A stretch of DNA of 35,916 nt from Microgenomates group bacterium RIFCSPHIGHO2_01_FULL_45_11. Its GTDB lineage: Bacteria; Patescibacteriota; Microgenomatia; UBA1400; 2-01-FULL-45-11. The position numbers were made by a program, and so were the translations under genes. Below the pieces are notes generated by a model. That model was not told the DNA's origin. It worked only from the letters and a program-made list of their open reading frames with translations, and ran no database searches. The DNA is taken from NCBI GenBank assembly GCA_001803465.1, contig MHDE01000007.1:7445-43360 (forward strand), given 5' to 3'. Below, in pieces: positions 15,770 through 24,620 of the stretch; within the stretch, counting starts at the first letter, position 1; each line of letters opens with the position of its first letter.

Positions 15770-16792
15770 ATGCAAGAACAAATAAACAATCTTAAAAACG
15801 AAGCCATTGCGCTTATTACCCAGGCAGGTTCAGCCAACGAGCTCGAGGAATTGCGCCGGACGTATCTCGGGCGAAAAGGCAAAATTAATGAATTTGTCAA
15901 ACTCATGGCCGAAGCAACGGGTACAGAGCGGGCACAACTCGGCAAGTCAATTAACGAAACCAAGCAGGTTATCGTTCAAGCACTTACTGACCAGGCAGAA
16001 AATTACCGCCAGCAAACAGCGTGGCTGGATGTGACTCAGCCAGGGAAATTGCCACCGATGGGGCATTTGCATCCGATAACCCAAGCGATTGAGGAAATCA
16101 CCAGGATTTTTGAAGGGATTGGCTTTACGCGTGTCAGATACCCGGAAATTGATTACGACTGGTATGTCTTTACCGCGCTTAATATGCCGCCCAAGCACCC
16201 GGCGCGGGATGAATGGGAAACGTTCTTCATTGACGCCTCTTCCCATCCTAGTAAAGGCGAGTTGGTATTAACGACGCATACCAGTAACGGCCAAGTGCGA
16301 GAAATGGAACGGGTTAAGATACCTCCGATTAGAATGCTTAATATTGGTAAATGCTATAGGCGGCAACAGGATGTGACCCACACGGCTATGTTTCACCAAT
16401 TTGAAGGTTTGGTGATCGATTCGGGAATCACTATCCAACATTTGAAAGGGACGCTCAACTATTTCGCCAGGAAGTTTTACGGACCGCAAGCTAAATCTCG
16501 AATTAGGCCGTTTATGTTTAAGTTTACTGAACCAAGTTTTGAAGTTGATTTCTCCTGTGTCCACTGCAACGGTGAAGGCTGCAGATTTTGCAAGTCCGGT
16601 TGGCACGAAGTCGGTGGAGCCGGAATGGTACACCCTAATGTTTTGAAAGCGGGCGGGATTGACCCGGAAAAATATACAGGCTTTGCCTTTGGTTGGGGGG
16701 TGGAGCGGGTTTATACCCTAAAGCCAGGATTACACCTTGATGATATTAGACCTTTATATAGCACCAATTTGGAATTCCTTGAACAATTTTAA
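15770..16792 (+). CDS. pheS: Phenylalanine--tRNA ligase alpha subunit
   Basis: GHLHPI, HPARD, FHQFEGL, FTEPSFEVD and GFAFGWGVER motifs. Confidence 0.98.
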   Translation: MQEQINNLKNEAIALITQAGSANELEELRRTYLGRKGKINEFVKLMAEATGTERAQLGKSINETKQVIVQALTDQAENYRQQTAWLDVTQPGKLPPMGHLHPITQAIEEITRIFEGIGFTRVRYPEIDYDWYVFTALNMPPKHPARDEWETFFIDASSHPSKGELVLTTHTSNGQVREMERVKIPPIRMLNIGKCYRRQQDVTHTAMFHQFEGLVIDSGITIQHLKGTLNYFARKFYGPQAKSRIRPFMFKFTEPSFEVDFSCVHCNGEGCRFCKSGWHEVGGAGMVHPNVLKAGGIDPEKYTGFAFGWGVERVYTLKPGLHLDDIRPLYSTNLEFLEQF

Positions 16793-16805
16793 AAATTGAA
16801 AATTT

Positions 16806-18860
16806 ATGAACATTTTAATACCCCACCGTTGGTTGTTGGAACACTTGAAGACCTCCGTTTTGCCCCAAAAAATCCAGGAGTATTTATCTTTGTGCGGGCC
16901 GAGTGTGGAACGGTTGAGTAAGGTTGACGGTGATTGGATCTATGACATTGAGGTAACCACTAATCGGGTAGACATGATGAGTGTGATCGGTATTGCCCGA
17001 GAGGCGGCGGCGATTTTGCCAGAGTTTGGTGTCAAAGCTGAACTGGTTCCGCTGACTTTGCCACCGATAGCTAGTTACAAATCACTGGACATAAAAATCA
17101 TCAATAATCCTCAACTGTGTCAGCGGATTTTGGCAATCAAACTAGGAGGGGTAAAAATTGGACCGTCGCCAGAATGGCTACAAAAACGTCTCATCCAAGT
17201 GGGACAACGGCCACTCAACAACGTCATCGACATTACTAACTACGTGATGTGGGAAGTGGGGCATCCAGTGCACGTGTTTGATTATGACCGGTTGACTAAA
17301 AAAACGATTGCCGTTCGTGAAGCTAAAAAGGGTGAACGACTGAAAACCTTGGATGATAAAGTTCACCGACTTGTCGGTGGGGAAGTAGTGTTTGATGACG
17401 GTACAGGAACAATCATTGATTTGCCGGGAATTATGGGGACGGCCAACACGGTGGTGACTGATAAAACAACCAATATCCTACTGTGGATTGAATCGATTGA
17501 CCCGGTTAAGATTCGACAAGCGTCCATGACACTTGCGATTCGGTCACAAGCAGCGGTACTCAATGAAAAACAGGTAGATCCGGAGTTGGGACTGATGGCG
17601 GTGTTACGAGTTGTCGAACTGTGCCAAAAGCTAACCCAAGCCAAGGTGGCTAGTAAACTGGTGGATATTTACCCGGTCAAACCAGTTATTAAGCCAATTA
17701 CCTTAACCGATGAACGATTGACCACGTATTTAGGCCTTCGAGTTGAACCAGAGAGAGTAAAAGGGATTTTGGAAAGGTTGGGGTGCCAAATTCAAGTTAA
17801 AAATGAAAATTTAAAAGTTAAAAATAATAAAAAAGGCGGGGATGAGGAAACTATCAATTATGAGGTGGTGCCGCCGACCTGGAGGGCAAGAGACCTAACC
17901 ATTCCTGAAGATCTGATTGAGGAAGTGGCCAGAATTTACGGCTATCATAATTTCCCCAGTTCCGTCATGGCAACAACGATTCCAGATGCGCCGTCGGAAG
18001 AAAACTTTCGCTTGGAGTACCAAATAAAACAGTGGCTAACGGGCTGGGGATTTACTGAAATCTATACCTATTCCATGGTAGCCAAGGATTTGGTTTTGGC
18101 GTCAGGATATCCTCTGGCCTCACACTTAAAAATCAAGAACCCGTTGTCCGACGAGTGGGTTTATATGCGTCGGTCTTTGGTACCGTCGATCATGGCCGTC
18201 GTTGAAAGTAACCAGCGTGATATGATTCGGGTCTTTGAAATGCAAAATGTTTTTCACCCGGCAGGAAAACGGTCCGAACTACCGAATGAGGAATTACAAT
18301 TAGTGGTAGCGACTACGACGAGTTATCAGGAGTTGAAGGGTGTGGTTGATGGGTTGATGACTAAGTTGTTTTTGGCTAATGAACTTTACGTAGTGCCTAC
18401 TAACGTTGATCAGGATGGTTTTGGCGTGGGGCAGACCGGAGAGATAGTGGTCGGGAAAAAACGGCTAGGAGTAATGGGACAATTGAAGGCAAAGAAAATG
18501 TGGGTGGCGAAAATTTTGATGAGGGAGTTAATGGCTTTGGCCAGAACGCACCCCCGGTATATTCCGATTAAAACCACGCCACCGATTAGGGAAGACTTGA
18601 CGTTTCAGGTTCCAGATAAAACCTACCTTGGTAACTTGCTCCTTACTGTTGCTAAGACGAGTAAACTGGTGGAGACAGCGATTATTTCTAAGCGTTATAA
18701 ACCACCAACGGCAACCGATTCTACCAATATTACTTTGACTCTGACTTACCGTGACCCCAAGAAATCGCTGACTGATAAAGAACTAATGCCGGTTCGGAAA
18801 AAGATTGCGACCTCCTTAGCGCAACTGTATTCAGCTCAACTGGTTGGTTTACTGGAGTAA
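16806..18860 (+). CDS. pheT: Phenylalanine--tRNA ligase beta subunit (short form)
   Basis: EVTTNRVD, NNVIDITNYVM, DLIEEVARIYGY and NPLS motifs. Confidence 0.96.
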   Translation: MNILIPHRWLLEHLKTSVLPQKIQEYLSLCGPSVERLSKVDGDWIYDIEVTTNRVDMMSVIGIAREAAAILPEFGVKAELVPLTLPPIASYKSLDIKIINNPQLCQRILAIKLGGVKIGPSPEWLQKRLIQVGQRPLNNVIDITNYVMWEVGHPVHVFDYDRLTKKTIAVREAKKGERLKTLDDKVHRLVGGEVVFDDGTGTIIDLPGIMGTANTVVTDKTTNILLWIESIDPVKIRQASMTLAIRSQAAVLNEKQVDPELGLMAVLRVVELCQKLTQAKVASKLVDIYPVKPVIKPITLTDERLTTYLGLRVEPERVKGILERLGCQIQVKNENLKVKNNKKGGDEETINYEVVPPTWRARDLTIPEDLIEEVARIYGYHNFPSSVMATTIPDAPSEENFRLEYQIKQWLTGWGFTEIYTYSMVAKDLVLASGYPLASHLKIKNPLSDEWVYMRRSLVPSIMAVVESNQRDMIRVFEMQNVFHPAGKRSELPNEELQLVVATTTSYQELKGVVDGLMTKLFLANELYVVPTNVDQDGFGVGQTGEIVVGKKRLGVMGQLKAKKMWVAKILMRELMALARTHPRYIPIKTTPPIREDLTFQVPDKTYLGNLLLTVAKTSKLVETAIISKRYKPPTATDSTNITLTLTYRDPKKSLTDKELMPVRKKIATSLAQLYSAQLVGLLE

Positions 18861-18930
18861 AAGTAGCGACTCTTCCCGAGGTTGTCTCAAGTGTTAACCC
18901 CCGGGGTTGGAGGAGATAATGGGAAACAAC

Positions 18931-19170
18931 TTATATCACTTCTCCTGTGCTTAACAGGACCCTGATTTTTACTCCTGATCCAGTTTCTAATTCTACTATC
19001 GAGCGCCAAAAATCTAACTTTTCAACAATTCTATCAGCTTCGTCAGGAGGGATCTGATACCAGTCGGTTATTTCCTTAGCGGAAAGAAAGCTGTTCTTTA
19101 CAACATCTCTAGCAATAGCCGCAATAACTCGTTCGCTTAATCTTTCCATTCTCAACCTCGTCGGTGGCAA
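18931..19170 (-). CDS. Small hypothetical protein
   Basis: 79-aa ORF with an uncertain TTG start. Confidence 0.4.
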   Translation of the reverse strand: MPPTRLRMERLSERVIAAIARDVVKNSFLSAKEITDWYQIPPDEADRIVEKLDFWRSIVELETGSGVKIRVLLSTGEVI

Positions 19171-19289
19171 GACGCTGCCAGAGATTAATAAACTGCTGTC
19201 ACTTTAGACCAGTATCAATTCCGAGGTGACTACCTAACACCACCTCCGAAGTGGTGAGGAGGTCCGAGGTGTTGATAGGTGGTGACGAG

Positions 19290-19598
19290 CTAGCCTTCGG
19301 CGAGAAGTACGTATCCTAAAAAAGGAAAGACGTCTTGATTTAATGTCCCCAACATCTCTTCTCCACCATACCAAGTTCCGATACATAATGTGTCCGGAGA
19401 AGCTGTCCGTAAGCAGGGAGCAAGAGAACTGACTCCTGCTGCCAATACTGGAGGGTTGTCTCCGCCGCCTTGAATGATGGCCACTCTTCCACCACTGCTA
19501 AAGTAAGTTGTTTCGTCAACAGCACCATGACCACTTAGACATTGACGACATTGACTGGTGTCAAGCAGGGGAATTAATGGTAACTGTTTCTCAGTCAT
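19290..19598 (-). CDS. Hypothetical protein with CxxC
   Basis: 102 aa, tandem with the adjacent ORF (8-nt gap). Confidence 0.5.
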   Translation of the reverse strand: MTEKQLPLIPLLDTSQCRQCLSGHGAVDETTYFSSGGRVAIIQGGGDNPPVLAAGVSSLAPCLRTASPDTLCIGTWYGGEEMLGTLNQDVFPFLGYVLLAEG

Positions 19599-19606
19599 AG
19601 TTGGTA

Positions 19607-19936
19607 TTATAGATCAGGGTAAAAGAGTTGCATCCGAATTAACGGGTCGAATGGAGATTCGCCTTGGACGGTACGAGTGATTATCCTGCCATCAAGGTGG
19701 TAAATGAACGTTGTCATTTCATCATCATCGGCATCCGGAAAGATCGCAATTGGCTGACCAGCTAAGATAAAAAGGTTTTCTGATATTTCCATAACTTCAT
19801 CGTTTTCATTTGCCGTTGGTGCCCAACGGACACCTATTTCCGACGGATAGTCGATTGGCCAAATGCCGCGAGCTAATTGTTCACTGATGGCTTTAATTTC
19901 TGCTGCTTTTTTCTCTTTTAATGTCTCTATGTCCAT
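19607..19936 (-). CDS. Acidic hypothetical protein
   Basis: 109 aa, with a GAGG SD-like sequence upstream. Confidence 0.6.
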   Translation of the reverse strand: MDIETLKEKKAAEIKAISEQLARGIWPIDYPSEIGVRWAPTANENDEVMEISENLFILAGQPIAIFPDADDDEMTTFIYHLDGRIITRTVQGESPFDPLIRMQLFYPDL

Positions 19937-19962
19937 TTACATTACCTCAAAATTGCTACTTT

Positions 19963-22539
19963 TTAAGGAGTCGGGCTAGGAGCGGGAGTCGGTTCTTCCC
20001 AAGTCACACCGCCGACGCCGATACGATGTTCTTCGGATTCGGCATTCCTACCGTCTTTCATGGTGACTCTGACTCGGACGGTATGGCGGCCGGTACCTAG
20101 ATTGGTGGTTTCGCTAATGCGACTGCCGGTAAAGCTTAGGTGAACTGAGCCGTCGACCAAGAAATCAACTTTGTCAATGTCGCCTTCGGCGATGACGTCT
20201 ATTTCCACCGGAATGTCGTTGCCGTCAAAGTTTTGATGGTCTTCGGGTTTTTTGAAGCGGATGGCGATGTCTTTTTTGGAATCACATTGTTCCCGCGGCG
20301 GTTGGTACTTGGGGTCGGAATAACCAGCCAGCCAAGCGTCGATGCCTGACTGCCACTTATTGACTTCTTGGTTAAACGGATCTTTTTCTTGTAAAACTAC
20401 AAATTCCTTTTCGTCGTAGTCGCCTTTGGCGATATCGACTTCGGTGGCGAGCTTACCGGATGATTTGCAGAGTTTGAGCATGGCGTGAATGGGGTCGGGA
20501 AGAGAAGGCAGAGTGCCGTCGATAATGTATTCAGTTCTTGCGACAAAGCCGTGGTGCTCCGGATAGCCGGAAACGGAGTCTACTAAAACGGCCTTGATGT
20601 TACCAGGAATTGGCCAGGGTTCGGAGGCATGGTCTTTAATGACTTCGGTCATAATCCGCCGCCAGATAGGCGAAGCGCCGGTAACACCCGAGGCTACTTC
20701 TTTCATGGGGCTATTGTCATTATTGCCCACCCAGACGCCAACGATGCCCCGACGATTCCAGCCGACGGTCCAGTTGTCGCGCTTGTCGTTGGTGGTGCCG
20801 GTTTTGACGGCAATTTCATTGCCCATATTGAGATAGGAGTTAGGGCCAAAAGTTAGCAAGCGGGCGTTGTTGTCGCTTAAAATGTGGTTAATTAAGAAGG
20901 TCTCAGATTCTTCCAAAACGCGCCGGCCTTCAATAGATTTTTGTTCATACAAGGTTTTGCCATCCTGGTCTTCGACTTTGAGGATGCTGACCGGTTCAAT
21001 TTTATGGCCGCTGTTGGCAAAAGCGCTGTAGGCGGTAACCATGTCAAGAAGGCGAACTTCGCCGCCGCCGAGGGTAACTGCCAGACCGAAGCGGCTCAAG
21101 TTTTCAGTTGTCGGTTCGAGGGAGGTAAAACCCAGATCGAAAGCGGTCTGGAGCATGTTTTTGACGCCAACTAGAGCCAGCAATTTGACCGAGGGGAGGT
21201 TTAAGGAGCTCCCCAGAGCAAAGCGGAGTTGAACCGGGCCGCGGAATTTGCCGTCATAGTTGGCCGGAGCATAGGCTGGTTGACCGAAGCCACCAGGGAA
21301 TTCGGTGGCAGCATCGACCAACATAGTGGCTGGGGTATAACCCTGTTTAAAGGCGGTAACATAGGTAACTGGTTTGATGGCTGAACCGGGCTGGCGAAGG
21401 GAAGTAGTGACGTTGACTTGACCATCATAATCCTTAGCAAAAAAGTCTTTACTGCCGACCATAGCCAGGACTTCGCCATTGTTAGGATCCATGACGACAG
21501 CGGCGCCGTTGCCAATGTCTTGATTTTTCACTTTTTCGATTTCTTCGCTAACAATGGTTTGGGCTTTCTCCTGCAAGTCGAAGTCGAGGGTGGTGGTAAC
21601 TTTGAGGCCGCCCTGTTCGACCAGACGATCGCCATAGATATCAATTAGTTTTTCTTTGACGTACATGACAAAATGTGGGGCTTTGATGCCGACAGATTGG
21701 GGGAGAAACTCAACGTCGGCCAATTCTTTGCCGACAGCCTCTTCTTGTTCTTTGGTAAGGTAACCGTCTTCGCGCATCCGACGAAGCACATGTTTGGTGC
21801 GGTCAATATAAGCATCCGGGTAGGGACCATAAGGCGAGTAGACGCTGGGACGCTGAGGCATGCCCGCCAGAATGGCGCTTTCGAGGAGAGTTAAGTCGTT
21901 AACTTTTTTACCAAAGTAAGTTTCAGCGGCGGTAGCTACACCCCAGGCAGTGCCTCCATAAGGCGCTTCGTTCAAGTACATCTGGAGAATTTGGTCTTTG
22001 TTGTAACGCCGTTCGATTTGGACGGCTAAGATAAACTCTTTGATTTTTCTCGGGAGAGTGCGTTCGGAAGAAAGCAGGACGTTTTTGACCAGCTGTTGAG
22101 TGAGAGTGGAGCCGCCGGCTAGCTGGCCCCGAAAAGCGATGGTCAAAAATGCCCGGGTCAAGCCTTTGGGGTCAAAACCGCCATGTTTATAAAAATTTTG
22201 GTCTTCAATGGCCACCGTCGCTTGTTTTAAATACTCAGGCAAGTCTTTAAACTCAATGGAGGTACGTTGCTCCTGGCTAAAAACGTCGTAGAGAAGATTG
22301 CCCTCCCTATCTAAAATTTTGGTGGCAAAGCCTTCGCGGCGAACGACTTTGTCTGGAGAAGGCAAATCGCGGGCGTACCAGGCGAAAAGCAAAGCGGTTA
22401 GTAAAGATCCAGCAATAACAACGAGGAGAAGGCCCAAAGCGGCAGTTCTAACCAGTTGAGCTTTCTTTAAACCGCGGGGTAGACGGCGAAACTGGTGAAT
22501 TCCTATCAGGCGTTTCCGCCATAGTTGACGCCAATTCAT
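19963..22539 (-). CDS. Class A penicillin-binding protein (PBP1A family) with a C-terminal Ig-like domain
   Basis: EDQNFYKHGG, GGSTLTQQLVKN, RKIKE, RQPGSAIKP, SLN and KTGT motifs. Confidence 0.95.
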   Translation of the reverse strand: MNWRQLWRKRLIGIHQFRRLPRGLKKAQLVRTAALGLLLVVIAGSLLTALLFAWYARDLPSPDKVVRREGFATKILDREGNLLYDVFSQEQRTSIEFKDLPEYLKQATVAIEDQNFYKHGGFDPKGLTRAFLTIAFRGQLAGGSTLTQQLVKNVLLSSERTLPRKIKEFILAVQIERRYNKDQILQMYLNEAPYGGTAWGVATAAETYFGKKVNDLTLLESAILAGMPQRPSVYSPYGPYPDAYIDRTKHVLRRMREDGYLTKEQEEAVGKELADVEFLPQSVGIKAPHFVMYVKEKLIDIYGDRLVEQGGLKVTTTLDFDLQEKAQTIVSEEIEKVKNQDIGNGAAVVMDPNNGEVLAMVGSKDFFAKDYDGQVNVTTSLRQPGSAIKPVTYVTAFKQGYTPATMLVDAATEFPGGFGQPAYAPANYDGKFRGPVQLRFALGSSLNLPSVKLLALVGVKNMLQTAFDLGFTSLEPTTENLSRFGLAVTLGGGEVRLLDMVTAYSAFANSGHKIEPVSILKVEDQDGKTLYEQKSIEGRRVLEESETFLINHILSDNNARLLTFGPNSYLNMGNEIAVKTGTTNDKRDNWTVGWNRRGIVGVWVGNNDNSPMKEVASGVTGASPIWRRIMTEVIKDHASEPWPIPGNIKAVLVDSVSGYPEHHGFVARTEYIIDGTLPSLPDPIHAMLKLCKSSGKLATEVDIAKGDYDEKEFVVLQEKDPFNQEVNKWQSGIDAWLAGYSDPKYQPPREQCDSKKDIAIRFKKPEDHQNFDGNDIPVEIDVIAEGDIDKVDFLVDGSVHLSFTGSRISETTNLGTGRHTVRVRVTMKDGRNAESEEHRIGVGGVTWEEPTPAPSPTP

Positions 22540-22636
22540 GGTACTATTTTAACAGAGGAACGGTGAACGTTCCAGGGAAGGAAAGTTTCTAGAAAATTGT
22601 CTGAAAGCATTTAAATAATTTCTAAGGAAAATTTAT

Positions 22637-23071
22637 ATGAAGTTGGTTATTCAACGAGTTGATGAAGGATTGGTGACAGTGGCCGACAAAGTGGTGGGGA
22701 AAATTGGGGGGGGTTACGTGGTGTTAGTAGGAATTGGCAAGAATGATGAGGAGAAGGTGGTGCGGGCGATGGCCAAAAAGCTGATTGACCTTCGAATTAT
22801 GGCGGATGAAAAGGGGAAGATGAACCAGTCGATTGTTGAAGTTTCTGGCGAGATTCTACTAGTATCTCAATTTACCTTGTACGCCCAAACAGCTGGTCGG
22901 CGGCCCGGTTTTACTCAAGCGGCGTCACCAGATGAGGCTCGGAAATTATTCGAATTATTCGTAAACGAGATTAGAAAAGCCGGAGTTATAGTTCAAACCG
23001 GACAATTTGGCGAGTATATGAAAGTAACGCTAACTAACGATGGGCCAGTGACCATAATATTAGAGAGTTAG
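22637..23071 (+). CDS. dtd: D-aminoacyl-tRNA deacylase
   Basis: MKLVIQRV, VSQFTL and NDGPVT motifs. Confidence 0.96.
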   Translation: MKLVIQRVDEGLVTVADKVVGKIGGGYVVLVGIGKNDEEKVVRAMAKKLIDLRIMADEKGKMNQSIVEVSGEILLVSQFTLYAQTAGRRPGFTQAASPDEARKLFELFVNEIRKAGVIVQTGQFGEYMKVTLTNDGPVTIILES

Positions 23072-23075
23072 AAAT

Positions 23076-23141
23076 CCCTTCGACTGGTTCCCTCCTTCGT
23101 CCTTCGATTAACTCAGGACTACGGTGGGCAGACAGGGCAAG
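23076..23141. repeat. Nested REP-like hairpin elements
   Basis: CCCTTCGA[CTGGTTCCCTCCTTCGT(CCTTCGATTAACTCAGG)ACTACGGTGGGCAGA]CAGGGCAAG. Confidence 0.65.
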
Positions 23142-23279
23142 CATGAATTATGAATAAGGCAACAGTAAACAGAACAGCAAACAAAAAAGACTCTTGAAAC
23201 AGTTTCAGGCCTGATATAATCGAGGGGGGGAGATTATTGGAAGTGTCTAGGAAAGTGGGAAAACATATAATTGGGGACT

Positions 23280-24470
23280 ATGACAATTGATGAAGCATTG
23301 ACCAGGCGAGTGGATAAAATATTGCCTTCTAAAGAGGGTTTAAGGCAGCTAATGGAAAAAGGGAAGATTCGGCTGTATCAGGGTTTTGACCCGAGCAAGC
23401 CGGACCTTCACATCGGTCATTTAGTGGGACTATTGCAACTTAAAGCTTTTCAAGACTTGGGTCACGAAGTCATCTTTTTGATCGGGGACTTTACCGGCAT
23501 GATCGGCGATCCGACTGATAAATCGGAGACCCGAGCCAAGCTAACGCGTAAACAAGTAGAAGAAAATGCCAAAACCTACCAAAAACAAGCGGGTAGGATT
23601 TTACGGTTCGAAGGAAAAAATGCTGCCAGGATGCGGTTTAATTCCGAATGGCTTAAGAAACTAACTCTTGCCGATGTGATTGAGCTATCAAGCAATTTTA
23701 CCGTACAACAACTGATTGAGCGAGATATGTTTCAGAAGCGGATTGGTGATAAGAAGCCAATCTTCTTGCACGAATTTATGTATCCTTCGCTAGTGACGTA
23801 CGATGCTATCGTTCTTAAAGTCGATCTGGAAATAGGAGGTGGTGACCAACTTTTTAATATGACTGTCGGCCGACCGCTTATTAAACAACAAATCAATAAA
23901 GATAAATTCGTCCTCACCACCAAATTATTGGCTGATGCGGCAGGCAATAAGATTGGTAAAACGGCCGGTAATGCCATTAATTTGTTTGCTGATGCCAACG
24001 ATCTATATGGACAAATAATGTCGCTGTCTGATGAGGTAGTAATAGAGGCGTTTAGATTAATCACTGAAGTACCGCTGGCGGTGATTGATGATTTAGCCGC
24101 AGAAATGAAGACGCGACCAATGGCGGTCAAAAAGCAGCTGGCGTTTGAAGTCACCAAGCTCTGTCAAGGTAAAGAGGTGGCCCAAGCGGCGCAAAAACAT
24201 TTTGAGCTGACAGTTCAAGGCGGAAAAGTGCCAGAAAAAATAGCGACTGTGCCTAACTGGAAAACTCCCTTGACTGCTTCAGCTACCGTGGCTCGAATGG
24301 TTCCCGATACAACCCACTCGGAAATCAAGCGGCTGATGCGACAGGGTGGAGTAGAATGGAATGGGGTAGTAATTACTGACGTAACAAAAATGATTACCCC
24401 TAAATCCGGCGATGTGTTAAAGCTTGGTAAGAGAACCTTTGTCCGAGTAAAAACTGATGAGTCTAAGTAA
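23280..24470 (+). CDS. tyrS: Tyrosine--tRNA ligase
   Basis: GFDPS..DLHIGH, GGGDQLFN, KIGKT (KMSKS-like) and a C-terminal S4 domain. ATG 23280 preferred. Confidence 0.97.
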   Translation: MTIDEALTRRVDKILPSKEGLRQLMEKGKIRLYQGFDPSKPDLHIGHLVGLLQLKAFQDLGHEVIFLIGDFTGMIGDPTDKSETRAKLTRKQVEENAKTYQKQAGRILRFEGKNAARMRFNSEWLKKLTLADVIELSSNFTVQQLIERDMFQKRIGDKKPIFLHEFMYPSLVTYDAIVLKVDLEIGGGDQLFNMTVGRPLIKQQINKDKFVLTTKLLADAAGNKIGKTAGNAINLFADANDLYGQIMSLSDEVVIEAFRLITEVPLAVIDDLAAEMKTRPMAVKKQLAFEVTKLCQGKEVAQAAQKHFELTVQGGKVPEKIATVPNWKTPLTASATVARMVPDTTHSEIKRLMRQGGVEWNGVVITDVTKMITPKSGDVLKLGKRTFVRVKTDESK

Positions 24471-24561
24471 GAGACAGCGGAAAATTTGGACGATAATTAT
24501 CTTTATCGCCGGCCTAGCGCTGGTGGCGACATCACTACTGCCTTTTTTCTTTGCTTCTTAA
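24457..24561 (+). CDS. Small membrane peptide (34 aa)
   Basis: MSLSKRQRKIWTIIIFIAGLALVATSLLPFFFAS*: basic N-terminus plus one TM segment, overlapping the tyrS end. Confidence 0.6.
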   Translation: MSLSKRQRKIWTIIIFIAGLALVATSLLPFFFAS

Positions 24562-24620
24562 CTGGCGGTATAAATATTTTTCTAACACCCTCTTGAAATT
24601 TTGCTTGTTATACTAGGGCT

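Noticed and set aside
23142-23279. T-box or attenuator upstream of tyrS
   Set aside because: No TGGNACC bulge, terminator or Tyr-rich sORF is visible; there are only promoter-like boxes.
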